In this document: positions 10,401 to 22,196 of the stretch, piece after piece | Layout of the letters: each line of letters opens with the position of its first letter | How positions within the stretch are numbered: the first letter of the stretch is position 1 | Origin: an uncultured delta proteobacterium | GTDB lineage: Bacteria > Desulfobacterota > Binatia > Binatales > Binataceae | Assembly (NCBI GenBank): GCA_963806485.1 | Contig: CAWDXY010000001.1 | Location: 192,599 to 256,598, forward strand | Length of the DNA stretch: 64,000 bases | Reading direction: 5' to 3' | The notes under the pieces: model-generated | Told to the model about the DNA's origin: nothing | Database searches by the model: none | Seen by the model: only the letters and a program-made list of their open reading frames with translations | Position numbers and translations under genes: made by a program

Positions 10401-10976
10401 GAGATCGCGGCGGTCGGGTTCGAGCTCTACACCGAGATGATGGAAGAGGCGATCGCCGAGCTGCGCGGCCAGCCGAGTCGCCCTGACTTCGAGCCCGAGC
10501 TGCGAATCGCGGTGCCCGCATACATTCCCGAGGCTTACGTTTCCGACGAGAACGAGCGGCTGGTACTCTATCGGCGGCTCGCGCGGGCGCAGCGTGAGGA
10601 GGATCTCGGCGAGATTCGCGACGAGATGCGCGATCGGTTCGGCCCGGTGCCGACGCTCATCGAAAATCTGATCGCCGCGATGAACGTGCGGCGCCAGATG
10701 AAGCAGCTTATGATCCTGAGCGCGATTCTCAAGGGCTCGCAGCTGGAGATCAGATTTCATCCCGACGCGCCGGTGGACACCGCGCGGCTGGTGAAGCTGG
10801 CGGACCAGAATCGGCGCACGATGCGGCTGACGCCGTCGTACCAGGTGATCGCGCGGATCGAGCCCGCCGAATACCAGCAACTGTTCGCGCAGCTCGACGG
10901 TGTCTTGCAGGCACTGGCGGGCTGTGAAAAGTTGGAAAACTGGCCGGCCGTGAAAGTCGGGCCGGCCGTCAACTAG
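7401..10976 (+). CDS. mfd: Transcription-repair coupling factor
   Basis: UvrB-like N-terminus (RGGIVD), CarD-like VVHIDHGIAKY, GDAGFGKTEV, DEEHRFG, QLRGRVGRS, C-terminal TRCF domain. Confidence 0.97.
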   Translation: MQRSLKEAAGELEARLAANQERRFPVMGLRGVAGALMIREMRMRLTRPIVAVTSTALEAEALAGEVAFFLDEAADADAATRRVHLIRSWEVKPMAQLSPPTDAQASQLAALFAMLRHESPLVVTSAEALMTRTIPRTVFNESIVKVAIGDRLDLEALVEALAACGYQRVPQTEEAGDFSVRGGIVDAFSPLYRDPLRIELEDDLITSIRHFNADDQRSGAELVEATITRTRYVPPSALKDPKLREQVVLRAAEIGMVRKEAAELSEALENGLLFPGAELLMPYAYGRALDSVFDYMPAGTLLWLVDPGRVLAEANRFAETVNNETAAAAHKPAFHPAPDSLFLGADAFERALGNFTAVEVGSLVTMVTPREGWAAPVEVKSQASLRLGSNQLSGVRTPPSFEPLATELREVQRGQGRSLMIVEGPHQVARLRRHLEAWDLEVNVECKSLAALMEWPDYRPAIMEGEISAGVVLQDDGLYIYSEEEIFGEPRVRRRRRPTAKGALLNLEELKPDDFVVHIDHGIAKYRGLRHMKVADVEGDFLNLEYAGNDTMYVPVERINLVQRYIGGDNAEPKLDKLGSGSWEKVKRRTRQAVLAMAAELLDIYAAREVMEGHAYPAPGADYEEFASRFEFEETPDQQSAIDDVIRDLTRAKPMDRLICGDAGFGKTEVALRAAFIAVMDGRQVAVLVPTTILAEQHWNTFRERFKDYPVRVEMVSRFRSHKENRAVIEEAGRGKVDIVIGTHRLLSSDVQFPRLGLLVIDEEHRFGVVDKERIKKLKKLVPVLTMTATPIPRTLHMAMLGIRDLSVIQTPPPDRQAIRTFVAHFDDATIRDSILRELNRGGQVFFVHNRVENIDYMASHLRSLVPEARTAIAHGQMKERQLEDVMRDFIEKRVNVLVCSAIIESGLDIPNANTMIINRADHFGLAQLYQLRGRVGRSRQKAYAYLLIPGEHIITRDAKRRIDALRELVESESGGGFKLAMADLEHRGAGNLLGHEQHGEIAAVGFELYTEMMEEAIAELRGQPSRPDFEPELRIAVPAYIPEAYVSDENERLVLYRRLARAQREEDLGEIRDEMRDRFGPVPTLIENLIAAMNVRRQMKQLMILSAILKGSQLEIRFHPDAPVDTARLVKLADQNRRTMRLTPSYQVIARIEPAEYQQLFAQLDGVLQALAGCEKLENWPAVKVGPAVN

Positions 10977-10980
10977 ATTG

Positions 10981-12285
10981 ATGCATAACAGAAGATTGTC
11001 CCGGCGTGCCGGCGCGCGATGCGTCTGCGGCGGTGCCGACTGCGGCGGTGCCGACTGCGGCGGTGCCGACCGCGGCGGCGCCGGCGTGGCGGCGGCGTTG
11101 TCGGTGTCGCTGGCGTTGGTCCTTGCCTGCGCGGTTTCCGGCTGCTCGATAGATTTTCTCAAACCCGATTCTTTCGGTTACTCGCTTCTGAAGCAGGCAA
11201 CCTCTTCCGCCGTCAACCCGCCGCAGGCGCCAACGGTGCCGCGGGAGGAGGAGGGAGCGTCCAACCCCACGCGGACGGCGAAGATAGTTCCGGCTTCGGG
11301 TGAGAGTGACCTCGCGGATGCGAAAAATGACGAACCGCCGCCGCCGCCCGCGGTAGAACCGGCGCCCGATGCCGATGAGGACACGGAGGCGAGCGCGCCG
11401 GCGGTGGATCGAGTCGTCGCCAGCGTTGACGGCGATCCGATCACGATGCGGGAGGTCAAGGATTTCGCGTCGCAGCATGGCCAGCCGATCGAGACCGACG
11501 ATTTCGCTTCTTCGGACACCGCCAAGACCGCAGTGAAGGCGTTGATCGGCGAGAAATTGCTCGAACAGGAAGTGAAGAAGTACGATGACAAGGTCGACGA
11601 AGAGCAGGTCGACAAGTACATCACGCAGTTGCGGATGGACAAGCACTTGAGCGATGCGGAATTTCGCGCGCAACTCCAGGCGAGCGGGATGAGCTACGAT
11701 GAATTGCGCAAACGGGCGCGGCTGGATCTCGAAAAGGCGATGATGATCGAGTCCGAAGTGCGCGCGAAGATCAACGTGCCCGACGCCGACATCAAGACCT
11801 TCTACGACGCCCACAAGGAAGACTTCACCGTCGCCAAGGAACGGCTCAAGCTCGCGCAGGTTCTGATCGCGCTGCCGCCCGACCCGACGCCGGCGCAAGT
11901 GTCCGTCGCGCGGAAGAAGGCCGACATGGTTCGTGCGCGCGCCGTCAAGGGCGATGACTTCGGCGATCTGGCGCGCGTGTACTCGGATGACGACTCGAAG
12001 TCCAGCGGCGGCGAACTCGGATGGTTCGCGCCGGCCGACATCAATGATCAGATCCTGGCGGCGGTGAAGCCGCTCAAGCCCGGCGAAGTCTCGGCGCCGG
12101 TCCGCACCAGCCACGGCGTTCATATCGTCAAGCTCGAAGAACACGAAGTGCCGGGCCTCGTGCCGCTCAACGACGTCAAGGCGCAGATTCGTGCTGAGCT
12201 GGTCGATCAGCAATCCAGCGCGCAGCTCGAGAAGTGGATTGAGTCGGATCTCGTCAAGCAGCACTACGTCGAGACCATGTACTAG
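10981..12285 (+). CDS. surA: SurA-like parvulin peptidyl-prolyl isomerase / chaperone (probable lipoprotein)
   Basis: VSGC lipobox, DRVVASVDGDPIT SurA N-domain, GDDFGDLARVYSDD...GGELGWF...GVHIVK; directly upstream of pdxA. Confidence 0.85.
   Translation: MHNRRLSRRAGARCVCGGADCGGADCGGADRGGAGVAAALSVSLALVLACAVSGCSIDFLKPDSFGYSLLKQATSSAVNPPQAPTVPREEEGASNPTRTAKIVPASGESDLADAKNDEPPPPPAVEPAPDADEDTEASAPAVDRVVASVDGDPITMREVKDFASQHGQPIETDDFASSDTAKTAVKALIGEKLLEQEVKKYDDKVDEEQVDKYITQLRMDKHLSDAEFRAQLQASGMSYDELRKRARLDLEKAMMIESEVRAKINVPDADIKTFYDAHKEDFTVAKERLKLAQVLIALPPDPTPAQVSVARKKADMVRARAVKGDDFGDLARVYSDDDSKSSGGELGWFAPADINDQILAAVKPLKPGEVSAPVRTSHGVHIVKLEEHEVPGLVPLNDVKAQIRAELVDQQSSAQLEKWIESDLVKQHYVETMY
11026..11085 (+). 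repeat. In-frame 15-bp tandem repeat (tgcggcggtgccgac x3 plus one degenerate copy)
   Basis: Perfect copies at 11026, 11041 and 11056; degenerate cgcggcggcgccggc at 11071; encodes CGGAD repeats. Confidence 0.9.
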
Positions 12286-13335
12286 ATGATGGCCGCGCTC
12301 AGACGAAAGACGCCGCCCCTGTTGGCTGTCAGCATGGGCGATCCGGCGGGCGTCGGGCCCGAGGTGATCCTCAAGGCGGCGGCCGCGCTTGCGAGCCGCC
12401 GCGGCGCGCCTTCGATAGTAGTAGTCGGCGACCTGTCCGCGATGCGCGCGGCGGCGTCCCGCCTGCGCGGCGTGCCAGCGCCCTTACCGTGGCGCCGGGG
12501 TGAGCCGCCGGTTCGCCTGACGAAGGGACTCGGCGTACTTTCGATCTCGAATTTGTCGGCGAGCGCAATTCGCCCGGGCCATCCCACGGTTGAGGCCGGC
12601 GGCGCGGCCTATGACTACATCGTAACTGGTGCGCGGATGGCGATAAGCGGCGAAGTTGACGCTCTTGTGACCGCGCCTATCAGCAAGGACTGGATGAACC
12701 GCGCGGGGCACCATTTTCCCGGGCATTCGGAACTGCTGGCGCATCTGGCGCGAGTCCGGCTGTGGCGCATGATGTTCGCGGGCGGCGAGCTCACGGTCGC
12801 GCTGGTGACTGCGCACATGGGATTTGCAAAAGTGGCGTCTGCGCTGACGCGGCGCAATGTTTTCGACACGATTCGCTTGCTCGCGACGCATTTGCGCGGC
12901 GCGCTTGGCGTTGCGCGTCCGCGAATAGCGGTGCTCGGGTTGAATCCTCATGCGGGTGAAAGCGGGATGTTCGGTGACGAGGAAATCCGCGTGATCGCGC
13001 CGGCGATTCGGCGCGCAAATCGCGACGGCATCGACGCGTACGGGCCGCTGTCGCCCGACACCGCGTTCATCCGCAAGGCCGGCGCGTTCAATTTTGACGC
13101 GGCGGTTGCGATGTATCACGATCAGGGGTTGATTGCGCTCAAGACGCTGGAGTTCGACCGCGCGGTGAACGTGACGCTCGGCTTGCCGTTCGTGCGCACC
13201 TCGCCCGATCACGGCACGGCGTTCGATATTTCAGGCAAGGGAATTGCAAATCCTTCGAGCATGATTGCCGCGATCGAATATGCGTGGCGGGCCGGATTGA
13301 GCCGCGAAAAGGCCGCGCGGCGGGCGGCGGCGTAG
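12286..13335 (+). CDS. pdxA: 4-hydroxythreonine-4-phosphate dehydrogenase
   Basis: [42 protein letters not shown]. Confidence 0.96.
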   Translation: MMAALRRKTPPLLAVSMGDPAGVGPEVILKAAAALASRRGAPSIVVVGDLSAMRAAASRLRGVPAPLPWRRGEPPVRLTKGLGVLSISNLSASAIRPGHPTVEAGGAAYDYIVTGARMAISGEVDALVTAPISKDWMNRAGHHFPGHSELLAHLARVRLWRMMFAGGELTVALVTAHMGFAKVASALTRRNVFDTIRLLATHLRGALGVARPRIAVLGLNPHAGESGMFGDEEIRVIAPAIRRANRDGIDAYGPLSPDTAFIRKAGAFNFDAAVAMYHDQGLIALKTLEFDRAVNVTLGLPFVRTSPDHGTAFDISGKGIANPSSMIAAIEYAWRAGLSREKAARRAAA

Positions 13336-13341
13336 GCAACG

Positions 13342-16176
<2,835 letters not shown>

Positions 16177-16193
16177 CAAGAAACCATTTCGTG

Positions 16194-16230
16194 TTGAAGG
16201 ATAGAGGTACGTGGTATATGATGCCACGTA
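16194..16230 (+). promoter_or_regulatory. Sigma70 promoter with an overlapping palindromic operator for the TA pair
   Basis: TTGAAG (16194-16199), 17-nt spacer, TATGAT (16217-16222); inverted repeat tacgtgg-N9-ccacgta (16208-16230) straddles the -10. Confidence 0.7.
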
Positions 16231-16242
16231 GAAGGACTCAGG

Positions 16243-16539
16243 GTGGAGTCGGCCAAACTGATCGTGCGGCGAAAGTGGACCGACGAACCAGGCAATTTCT
16301 ACGAGATGGTACTGTGGAAGGTCGAGCGCAATACTCGCCATCCGGAAGGTGTTCGGTATCGGCTCGCGTTCATTCGTGCCGGCGAGGAGGCGCCCGCGAT
16401 TCTTTTTGACAATCATCACCCGAAGGGCCACCACCGGCACATTAGCGGCCGCGAAGTGCCATACGCTTTTGTGACAGCAAGGCGGCTAGTGGCCGACTTC
16501 CTCGCTGACGCGCGCGCATTGGCAGGAGGAGTGAAATGA
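16243..16539 (+). CDS. DUF6516 / TumE-like putative toxin
   Basis: EMVLWKV...HPEGVRYRL...FDNHHPKGHHRH...Y.F....L..DF pattern; ATGA overlap with the next gene. Confidence 0.75.
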   Translation: MESAKLIVRRKWTDEPGNFYEMVLWKVERNTRHPEGVRYRLAFIRAGEEAPAILFDNHHPKGHHRHISGREVPYAFVTARRLVADFLADARALAGGVK

Positions 16540-16913
16540 AGACAGTAACGTTTTCGATCAGGCCGCTGCGTGAAGTCGCCGACGATTTCGCCAAAACCTT
16601 CGACGCGATTCGGACCCGGCGGCGCGTCCCAAGCAAGCCGCACGACGAGGTTGGTTTCACCAGCATTGAGGCAGCCCGTAATTTCATGACGCGCGAGCGC
16701 CTCGCGCTGATGCATACGATTCGAACGCGCCATCCCGGCTCGCTCTATGAGCTGGCAAAAATGATCAACCGCGATTTCAAGAACGTTCAGGAGGACATCC
16801 GGATTCTGGAACGGCACGGTCTCGTGCGGATCGCCAGGGAGCGACGCGGCAAACGAAGAGTTAAAGTTCCGCAAGTTCTCTTCGAGGAGATTGCACTCCG
16901 GATCGCAATCTGA
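16536..16913 (+). CDS. Winged-HTH putative antitoxin / transcriptional regulator (HVO_A0114/TumA-like)
   Basis: F.SIE......T.ER..L...I....PGSLYELAK...RDFKNVQ.DI..LE..GLV; coupled to the upstream gene. Confidence 0.75.
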   Translation: MKTVTFSIRPLREVADDFAKTFDAIRTRRRVPSKPHDEVGFTSIEAARNFMTRERLALMHTIRTRHPGSLYELAKMINRDFKNVQEDIRILERHGLVRIARERRGKRRVKVPQVLFEEIALRIAI

Positions 16914-16929
16914 ACCGTCAGACGGTCGA

Positions 16930-17463
16930 TCAGTCAGACTCCTTCCGACCACTACCGTCGTAGATAATTCGTCCGTCGACGATGCGCGCGAACGGCGCGA
17001 GCACGTGCGTCGACAATTTACCGGTCGGCATGATGTGCTCGACCGTCCAATCGCGAATCACCAGGTTGTCCGAGATAATTCGCCGATGGCATCGCCACCA
17101 CAGGCCCTCCGAACACATGTACGCGGTGCGCGAGCCCTCGGCGGCTTGCGTCAGTTCGCGCAGGCCGTCTTCGAAATCCGCACTCTCCGTATAGTCAGCG
17201 TACGATCGGAACGCGGGAAGCTGCCATGCGGTGTGCGGAGAGTCGTCGCGCTTCGAACTGCGCCGGCCGCCGAGTCGTTTGATCCATCGATACTCGATTC
17301 CCGCGCGCTCGAGCGACGCCGAGAGTTCCGCCTGGTTGAACTGCGGCCATCGCTTCGAGCTGGGGAACGATCGCACATCGGCGACGATGGCGATGCGGTG
17401 CTCGCCGAGCAATTCGAGGAAACGCTCGATCGGATGCGTCGAGTGCCCGATCGTGAAGATCAG
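16930..17463 (-). CDS. DUF488 family protein
   Basis: IFTIGHST, DVRSFPSS, LGGRR, MCSEGLWWRCHRRIISD; conserved N-terminus extends upstream of the ORF-track start, so the start is uncertain (possible CTG at 17463). Confidence 0.8.
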   Translation of the reverse strand: MIFTIGHSTHPIERFLELLGEHRIAIVADVRSFPSSKRWPQFNQAELSASLERAGIEYRWIKRLGGRRSSKRDDSPHTAWQLPAFRSYADYTESADFEDGLRELTQAAEGSRTAYMCSEGLWWRCHRRIISDNLVIRDWTVEHIMPTGKLSTHVLAPFARIVDGRIIYDGSGRKESD

Positions 17464-17470
17464 CGCGGCG

Positions 17471-18853
17471 CTATTGCGCGCTCGGGGCGTCGGCCGCCTT
17501 CTCCATTTCCGAGGTTTTGATCTTCGCGTCGCTCTGGTTCGCGACCGCGACCACGATCATCGCATCGGGATGCAGATATTTTTTCGCAACCGCCAGCACG
17601 TCGTCCTTCGTGACCGATCCGATCAGCTTCGGATACTGCTCCGCGTAGTCGAGCCCGAGCCCATAGAACTCGATCTGGATCATGAAGCTGGCAATCGCGC
17701 TCTGCCGCTCGATGTTCAGTGGGAAGCTGCCGATCAGATATTGTTTCGCGCCATCCAGCTCGGCGTCGCTGACCGGCTTTTCCTGGATCTCGCGAAGCTG
17801 CTGCAGGATCAAATCGATCGCTTCGGTCGAACTCTGGTTTTTGGTTTGAAGGCCGATGGTGAACGCGCCCTGGAACTTGCCGGGCTCGAAACCGCTGTTG
17901 ACCGAGTAGGCGAGCCCGTGCGCGCTTCGAACCACCTTCACCAGCCGCGAGGAAAATCCACCACCGCCAAGGATGTAGTTCATCACCTTGAGCCGGTAAA
18001 AGTCGGGATTCGAACGCGTCACTCCGCCGGAACCCATGATGATGTTGGCTTGCACGACGCTTCGATCGATCAGCTTCACGTGCAGACCCGGCGCAACGTT
18101 GATTGGCGGCGGGTCGGCTTGCGGCGTGACGGTTCCGGAGAGGCCTGCCAGCGTTTTTTCAAGTGATACTTTAACTTCGTCCGCGCTCACATCGCCGGCC
18201 ACCGCGATGATCGATCCGCCCAGCTTGTAGTAGTCGTGATAAAATCCGCGCACGTCGTCATTCGTCAGCTTGGCGACCGAGTCCGACGAGCCCGCGCCGG
18301 GATGCCCGTATGGTGAGTCGCCGAACAGGTCCTTCACGAACTCCACATCTGCGGTGTAGCCCGGCTGCTCTTCCGCCGATTTGATTTCCGCGACCTGCTC
18401 GGCGCGTTTGCGCTCGATATCGGCGTCGCGCAGTCCGGGCTGTATCAGGATGCCCGCCAGCAAATCGAGCGTCTCGCCCTGGTACTTTTTCAGCGTCGTC
18501 ATCGAGGCGGTCGAATAGTCGCGCCCGGCCGACACGTCGACCGAGCTGCCCATGAAATCGACTTTCTGATCGAACTCCGGCGCGGTGAGATCCTTGGTGC
18601 CTTGCGAAAGGCATCGCCCCGTCAACTCGGCCAATCCCTCCTTGCCCTTGGGATCGCGACGCGTGCCGGCGTCGAACTCGATCATCATCGTGACCATCGG
18701 CAACTGATGCTCTTCCGAAACCAGCAGGGTAGCGCCGTTGCTGAGCGTCATCTTCTTGATATCGAGCGCGTGCGACGGCGTGGCCGCGAGCACCACCGCC
18801 GCGATTGCCGCGACGCCCGCAAACATTTTCAGTCGATTCTTCGTGCCGCTCAT
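17471..18853 (-). CDS. M16 family peptidase, non-catalytic subunit
   Basis: Signal peptide; lacks HxxEH (ELTGR instead); ILGGGGFSSRL...VR..HGLAY C-domain. Confidence 0.88.
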   Translation of the reverse strand: MSGTKNRLKMFAGVAAIAAVVLAATPSHALDIKKMTLSNGATLLVSEEHQLPMVTMMIEFDAGTRRDPKGKEGLAELTGRCLSQGTKDLTAPEFDQKVDFMGSSVDVSAGRDYSTASMTTLKKYQGETLDLLAGILIQPGLRDADIERKRAEQVAEIKSAEEQPGYTADVEFVKDLFGDSPYGHPGAGSSDSVAKLTNDDVRGFYHDYYKLGGSIIAVAGDVSADEVKVSLEKTLAGLSGTVTPQADPPPINVAPGLHVKLIDRSVVQANIIMGSGGVTRSNPDFYRLKVMNYILGGGGFSSRLVKVVRSAHGLAYSVNSGFEPGKFQGAFTIGLQTKNQSSTEAIDLILQQLREIQEKPVSDAELDGAKQYLIGSFPLNIERQSAIASFMIQIEFYGLGLDYAEQYPKLIGSVTKDDVLAVAKKYLHPDAMIVVAVANQSDAKIKTSEMEKAADAPSAQ

Positions 18854-20235
18854 CGCAATTCTCCGCCGCTCAGCCCGGCGCCTCCATGCGGCAGGACGCC
18901 GGTCGGCACCAGCACGCCTTCGGTCATGTTGGACGCGACCAGGTAAGTCTTCGCGACCCGCTGCACATCGGCTGCGGTCACCTTGTCGATTCCGTCGATA
19001 TACTTATCGACCAAATGGTAGTCGCCGAGCATTTCGTACATTCCGAGCATCTCGGCCTCGCGCATAACCGAGTCCTGCCCGAACACGAACTGCGCCTGCT
19101 CGAGATTCTTGGCCTTCTGCAATTCCTCCGCGCCCACCGGAGCATCGCGCATCGCGGCGAGTTCCTTCTCGACTTCGGCCTGGGTGTCCGCCGCCTTGAT
19201 GCCGGGCCGCATCTGCGCCGACACGATGAACAATCCGGGATCGAACGAGCTCATCTCGTAGCCGGCGCCGATGTCGACCACCATCTGCTTTTCCACGACC
19301 ATCTTTTGGTACAGCCGCGAGCTCTGCCCGTCGCTAAGAATTTCCGACGCCACTTCGAGCGCGTAACTGTCGGGGCTGAAGATATTCGGCACGTGATACG
19401 CCTCTTCGAACGCCGGCAGATTCGCCGCGTGCTGCAGTTCGACGCGCCGGGTCCCTGTTTGCGGCGGTTCCAGGTCCGTCATCGGCGGCGGCTTGGGGCC
19501 GTTCTTGATTCCCGCGAATGCCTCGCTGATTTGCTTGAGCACCTGGTCGCCGTTGAAATCGCCGACCGCCACGATCAGCGCGTTTTGCGGCGAGTAATAA
19601 ATCTTGTGATACGCCATCGCGTCGGCCAGCGTCAGCCCGTCGACGTCGTGGAACCATCCGATCACCGGCCAGTGGTACGGATGCGCCACGTAGGCCTGCG
19701 CGCGCACCATCTCGTCGAGCGCGTCCTCCGGATTGTCGTCGGTGCGCAGGCGCCGCTCCTCGAGCACGACGTGCTTCTCCTTGTCGAACTCCTTGGGCTC
19801 GAAGTTGGCCATCCGATCGGCTTCGAGCGAAATGGGCACGTCGAGTTTATCCTTGCTGATCGTCTCGAAATAATCCGTGAAGTCCTCCTCGGTGAACGCG
19901 TTATCCTCGCCGCCGTGCTGCTGGATTATTTGCGAGAACTCTTCGGGGCCCAGCTTCTTGGTGCCCTTGAACATCAGATGCTCGCACAGATGCGACAGTC
20001 CGGTCTTGCCGAATTGCTCGTTGCGCGAGCCGACGCGATAGAAGACGTTGAAGGTCGCCAGCGGCGCCTTGTGATTTTCCAGCACCAGCACTCTGAGCCC
20101 GTTGGGCAGCGTTTGAGCCTTGACCGCGTCCGCCATTCCCGCGCGCGCGGGAGCCGAAACGGCCAGGCATAGAAGGGTACCGAGCGCCGCCACAGGGACG
20201 AGACGGCGATGATTGCCAAAAATCGCGATGCGCAT
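18850..20235 (-). CDS. M16 family zinc peptidase, catalytic subunit
   Basis: VGSRNE...GLSHLCEHLMFKGT (HxxEH), NAFT, VLEERR; signal peptide. Confidence 0.92.
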   Translation of the reverse strand: MRIAIFGNHRRLVPVAALGTLLCLAVSAPARAGMADAVKAQTLPNGLRVLVLENHKAPLATFNVFYRVGSRNEQFGKTGLSHLCEHLMFKGTKKLGPEEFSQIIQQHGGEDNAFTEEDFTDYFETISKDKLDVPISLEADRMANFEPKEFDKEKHVVLEERRLRTDDNPEDALDEMVRAQAYVAHPYHWPVIGWFHDVDGLTLADAMAYHKIYYSPQNALIVAVGDFNGDQVLKQISEAFAGIKNGPKPPPMTDLEPPQTGTRRVELQHAANLPAFEEAYHVPNIFSPDSYALEVASEILSDGQSSRLYQKMVVEKQMVVDIGAGYEMSSFDPGLFIVSAQMRPGIKAADTQAEVEKELAAMRDAPVGAEELQKAKNLEQAQFVFGQDSVMREAEMLGMYEMLGDYHLVDKYIDGIDKVTAADVQRVAKTYLVASNMTEGVLVPTGVLPHGGAGLSGGELR

Positions 20236-20318
20236 AGTTATGAGATCATCTAAATCTGCCGCTCACCAGCAAGTCAAGGAATTAAAAACGGAGCAGCCGC
20301 TTGCGCGGCGTCCTCTAT

Positions 20319-20672
20319 GTCATCCTGACTGAAGCGAGCAACGGGCGTCTCGCAGAACTCCCTTAAACCGGTCCCCCTTCCCTCGAGGGAGTTCTTTAAT
20401 CCGGTCCCCCTTCCCGCGCGGGAAGGGGTTAGGGGTTAGGTTCCGCGCGCGCCGCTATGTTCGGCTGCGGTACCAAATTACCATCGCCCGCTCTGCGGGA
20501 GAGGGAACGGCGTCCGCGCCTGGGGTGAGGGAAAGGGGGTGAGGGGGATAGGACAGCAAGGTTCCTACAACCGGTAATTCCCCTTCCCTCGAGGGAAGGG
20601 GTTAGGGGTTAGGTTCCGCGCGCCGCGCGCCCTCCGTCATCCCGACGACCCGAGCAACAAGACGGGATCTGG
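20319..20672. repeat. Mosaic REP-like repeat cluster
   Basis: ccccttccc-N-gggaaggggttaggggttaggttcc at ~20407 and ~20580 (partial copy ~20373); gggggtgagggggataggacagc at ~20535; gtcatcc...-type palindromes at 20319 and 20636. Confidence 0.8.
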
Positions 20673-20688
20673 CCTCCGGACAGCTCGC

Positions 20689-20847
20689 GCGAACCAGAAC
20701 GTTCGTCCGTCATCTGCGCGACTATGTTTCGGCCGCGACCGCCTCGTCCATTTCCATGATGCTCCTGCGCGGACCCTTGTAAGGGATGCAGCCGATGATC
20801 GATTGCCAAGTCTGCACGCCGCCGCTTTTTGGTTTAAGCAAGATGCC
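20689..20847 (-). pseudogene. Relic of an AbrB/MazE-type antitoxin C-terminus plus the first codons of a VapC-like PIN toxin
   Basis: 20847-20722 reads GILLKPKSGGVQTWQSIIGCIPYKGPRRSIMEMDEAVAAET*, lacking the N-terminal AbrB region; 20706-20689 reads TNVLVR (cf. VapC DTNVLVR). Confidence 0.55.
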
Positions 20848-20855
20848 CTAACACT

Positions 20856-21755
20856 TTAGGCCTGCAGGGCCGCCAGTATCTGATTTCCGAACTGCGCCGC
20901 TCCCTGGACGTTTGGATGTCCCGCCGACGCGCGGTAGCAGATTTCGCGATCGAGGATTTGTAAGGGATCGGGGTGAGCGATATCGCACAGCGGATGCCGC
21001 GCGGCGGCGACGGGATCCTGCGGGCTCATGTCGTCGTCGAGAGTTACACCCCAGAGCAGTGATGTGCCTGGAACAAACGCGGAGTTGGCGTCCGTAAATC
21101 CCGATGAAACGAAAGCGATTCTCGGGTCATTCGCATCCACGATGGCCCGTTCGAGTTGTTGTGTGGAATCGGTGAAAAATGCCTCGCACCGATCCAGCAC
21201 CGGGTTGATGAAGTCGAGATCTTCGGCGAGAAACGGGGGCACAGCGATTCCGAAAAGGCTGATCAGCTTGATCACTCCGAGCGGATCGCTCTCTGCACTT
21301 AGAATTGGGTAGTAGCCCGTGACCAGAATTTTGCAAGTCGGCTTTGAGAATTTCGCGATAACTTTCTTAAGCAATACCAACATTCCATCGTGGCACGCAT
21401 GTATAACCCTGGCGTCGAGCGGCGGAATCATGGCGAACGGATTGAGGATTGATGCGACGCCGACATCATTGATCCCACCGTCCATAAGCACGAGGTCCAC
21501 CGTATCTGGAGAATTGGCATAGCTGTCGCACTGTTCAATGATGGAAAGACGCGAAGCAGGCACCTCCCCCACTTGCGGAGTTCCGCTGACGCCGGTCGCG
21601 CCGATGACCGCACCCGAGTGAGCCAGGGATTCAAGCGTAGCTCCGGGATGCGTGGGCAAAAGCGCCTGTTGCACCAGCCAATCGAACTTCTCGTTTGGGA
21701 GCAGACCCTGGCCCCAGATAATCGAATCACCAATTGAAACAATTCTGAAAGCCAC
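20856..21755 (-). CDS. SGNH/GDSL hydrolase
   Basis: GDSIIWGQG (block I), AHSGA, GGINDV (block III), GHPN (block V). Confidence 0.85.
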   Translation of the reverse strand: MAFRIVSIGDSIIWGQGLLPNEKFDWLVQQALLPTHPGATLESLAHSGAVIGATGVSGTPQVGEVPASRLSIIEQCDSYANSPDTVDLVLMDGGINDVGVASILNPFAMIPPLDARVIHACHDGMLVLLKKVIAKFSKPTCKILVTGYYPILSAESDPLGVIKLISLFGIAVPPFLAEDLDFINPVLDRCEAFFTDSTQQLERAIVDANDPRIAFVSSGFTDANSAFVPGTSLLWGVTLDDDMSPQDPVAAARHPLCDIAHPDPLQILDREICYRASAGHPNVQGAAQFGNQILAALQA

Positions 21756-22058
21756 GGTCCCTCCTCATCTCGCCGCGACTATACTCATTGCGCGCAACGA
21801 CGTTGTCGCCGGTGCAAAACTGACCAGGGTCGCCGATTGAAAAGTCATCCCCAGCGCGGAAAGCTTTGCCCGTTGATCCTGTAGTCGAGCAAATAATCCG
21901 CCGGCGACGCACGAACCTGGTTTCGCTGATCTTTCTGGTCCTGTTCATAACTGTCGTCGTCCATCCACTTGTTCTGCCCATACGTGGTCTCAGGCCCGGC
22001 AGTCAAGAACATCGCGAACGCCCGCTATCGTCGTGAGCTGGTTGCTCTGCCTTCTGTT

Positions 22059-22145
22059 CCCCCTTTCTACTGTGGAAAGGGGTGAGGGGGATAGGACAGC
22101 GACGCGCCCGGATGACTTCTTCTGGTTCCCCTTCCCGCTCGGGAA
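22059..22145. repeat. Bipartite REP-like unit interrupted by the IS; continues at 25110-25137
   Basis: ccccctttctactgtggaaaggggtgagggggataggacagc, spacer, ttccccttcccgctcgggaa, [IS], ctcgggaaggggttaggggttaggttcc. Confidence 0.85.
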
Positions 22146-22161
22146 GGGGATTATGTTGGGC

Positions 22162-22190
22162 TTGACACTCAGCCTCAGAAAGCTTATATT
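22162..22190 (+). promoter_or_regulatory. Sigma70 promoter of the transposase, with the -35 inside the left TIR
   Basis: TTGACA (22162-22167), 17-nt spacer, TATATT (22185-22190); ATG follows after 6 nt with no Shine-Dalgarno. Confidence 0.75.
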
Positions 22191-22196
22191 GTACGC

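Noticed and set aside
7233-11162. 1309-aa antisense ORF over mfd, and similar long shadow ORFs (13231-15597, 40960-43161, 27941-29521, 58570-60069)
   Set aside because: Antisense or alternate-frame shadows of well-conserved genes, expected at high GC; no recognisable motifs
20360-20640. Repeat-spacer appearance suggesting a CRISPR array
   Set aside because: Repeats are heterogeneous with variable loops, irregularly spaced and dispersed across the window; no cas genes; better explained as REP-like elements
21845-22012. 55-aa minus-strand ORF (MFLTAGPETTYGQNKW...)
   Set aside because: No RBS or recognisable motif; may be a gene fragment but cannot be supported
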